From positions 21,390,001-21,454,000 of the forward strand of contig OZ024753.1 in the NCBI GenBank assembly GCA_964016885.1: 64,000 nucleotides of DNA, in the 5' to 3' direction. Below are positions 62,481 to 64,000 of the stretch, one piece after another. The DNA comes from Eledone cirrhosa (lineage: Eukaryota). The notes under the pieces are model-generated. The model was given only the letters and a program-made list of their open reading frames with translations, was not told the origin of the DNA and did not search any database. How positions within the stretch are numbered: the first letter of the stretch is position 1; each line of letters opens with the position of its first letter. The position numbers and the translations under genes are program-made.

Positions 62481-62830
62481 GTTGCTGTAACATTTTCAAT
62501 GGCATCATAGAGATCTTTTTCACTTTCACTATAACAATCCGCCACTGTAAGCAGTCTCTTCTCTCGCTCACACGGCTACAGTCAGACGTGTCTTTTCTCT
62601 CCCGTCAAACTCTCCAGATCTTATTATATTCAAAATGAATTGTTGACTTCACCCTTCGTATCTGTTTAGATTTTCTCTCTCTCTCCCTCTTTCTTTATCC
62701 CAATAACTTATTTTAGTTATTGCTCGTCCCAGGCTGAGGTATCTTGTCTCTAAATACCTATGATTCCTAGCAGACGACTGACGATGGATATTACGCTCTT
62801 TCGCCCGTAACTTATATTTTCATTATATAT

Positions 62831-64000
62831 ATCATCATCATCATCGTTTAACGTCCACCTTCCACGCTAGCATGTGTTTGGACGGGAATTGTCCCACTTG
62901 AGGCAAGATTGGTTGTCTTGCTCGTATAGGACTGTCTGGCAGGTTTTCTACGGCTGGATGCCCTTCCTAACACCAACCACGTTTACAGTGTGGACTGGGA
63001 GGTTTTTACCGTGTTACCTACACGGCCACATTACAGCGTGGACTGTGTGTTTTTTTGTTGTGACACCTACACAACCTCATTTATTTCGGACTGGATGTTA
63101 TGGTACCAACATAACTTTACATTGAAAGGGGTGGGGGGTGGGGGTGTATTTTTGTTAGAGGTGCCTACTGACTGTAGGCTTCGCTTTGTACTTAGGCAAG
63201 GCGGGTCTTCTGTATTACTGTGTAGCGCCAAAGATCTCGATCCAGTGACATTGTCTTGGAGAGGTGTAATTGTGTGAGGTCGGAGTTTAGCAAGTCGTCC
63301 CAGGTTTTTCTGGGTCTGCCTACTCCATGGCTACCGTCTATTTTTATCGCCCTCCACTTTTTTATACAGCTGTCGTCTTTCATGTGCATCACGTGACCGT
63401 ACCAATGTAGTCTTCTCTCGAGTAAACAACATCTGATCCCTCTTATTCCTAATTTCTCACTTAGTTCATTTATGCTTTGCCATTCACGTATATTGCTATT
63501 ACACATCCAGCGGAGCATGCAAGCTTCGTTCCTCTCCAGTCTGCATATATCCTCTGCACACAATGCCCAGGTTTCACTGCCATGTAACATTGCTGTTCGT
63601 ATGCAGGCATCATACAGCCTGCCTTTCATTTTTAGAGAGAACCCTTTAGCGGCCAATAGTGGTATAAGCTCTCTGAACTTTTTCCATCCCGTTCTGACTC
63701 TAGCTACTGTACTTTCAGAGCACCCTCCACCACTGCTGATTTTGTCACCCAGGTAACGGAAGGTGTCCACTATTTCTATAGAACCATCTGTGCAATGGAA
63801 TGAGCTAGTATTCTGTGGGCACTTGCTGCTACTTATTGCACCAGAGCACCAGCCATATATAAAGTCTATATTCTTAGTTAGCTTACCAGTGATCCCACTA
63901 CATCTTTTATGCACCCATACTTTGCATTTGGGACATAAAATGGAGTTTCTGCCTACTCCTTTCCTACACACTGAGCATGACTATTTCCCAGATGGTACTG
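62831..64000 (-). mobile_element. RTE-clade LINE 3' part (family C), continuing beyond the window end
   Basis: Open 259-aa segment: PHD-like CRKGVGRNSILCPKCKVWVHKRC, FRYLGD, MLHGSETW, LHWYGHVM, GRPRKTW; 3' UTR and (CAT)n. Confidence 0.92.

Overview
Repeat-saturated, AT-rich eukaryotic DNA, probably an intron or intergenic region of an octopod or other cephalopod. That assignment is inferred from the SINE, RTE and microsatellite repertoire and is not proven. I found no convincing host protein-coding gene; the long ORFs are either transposon-derived or simple-repeat artefacts. Main contents: (1) a cluster of decayed L1/Tx1-clade LINEs at 4.1-22.5 kb, stacked into (TCTA)n and (ATT)n microsatellites together with a CR1 fragment, an R4/Dong-type RLE fragment and tRNA-derived SINEs; (2) many RTE-clade fragments, several carrying a PHD-like finger; (3) a near-complete DD37D (maT) Tc1/mariner, a piggyBac pseudogene, a TTAA MITE, tandem non-autonomous Helitrons and a CRE-like fragment; (4) many mini- and microsatellites. 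Two patterns stand out. First, the dominant SINE has a 3' end resembling that of the Tx1-like LINEs, and its TSDs begin with ATTATT, which suggests an (ATT)n-targeted LINE/SINE partnership that seeds its own landing pads. Second, about five unrelated families of short (TA)n-embedded elements carry type-I hammerhead-ribozyme folds, several inside fold-back palindromes and one family with compensatory base changes; this resembles Penelope pLTRs or retrozymes. All coordinates and alignments were read by eye and are approximate.
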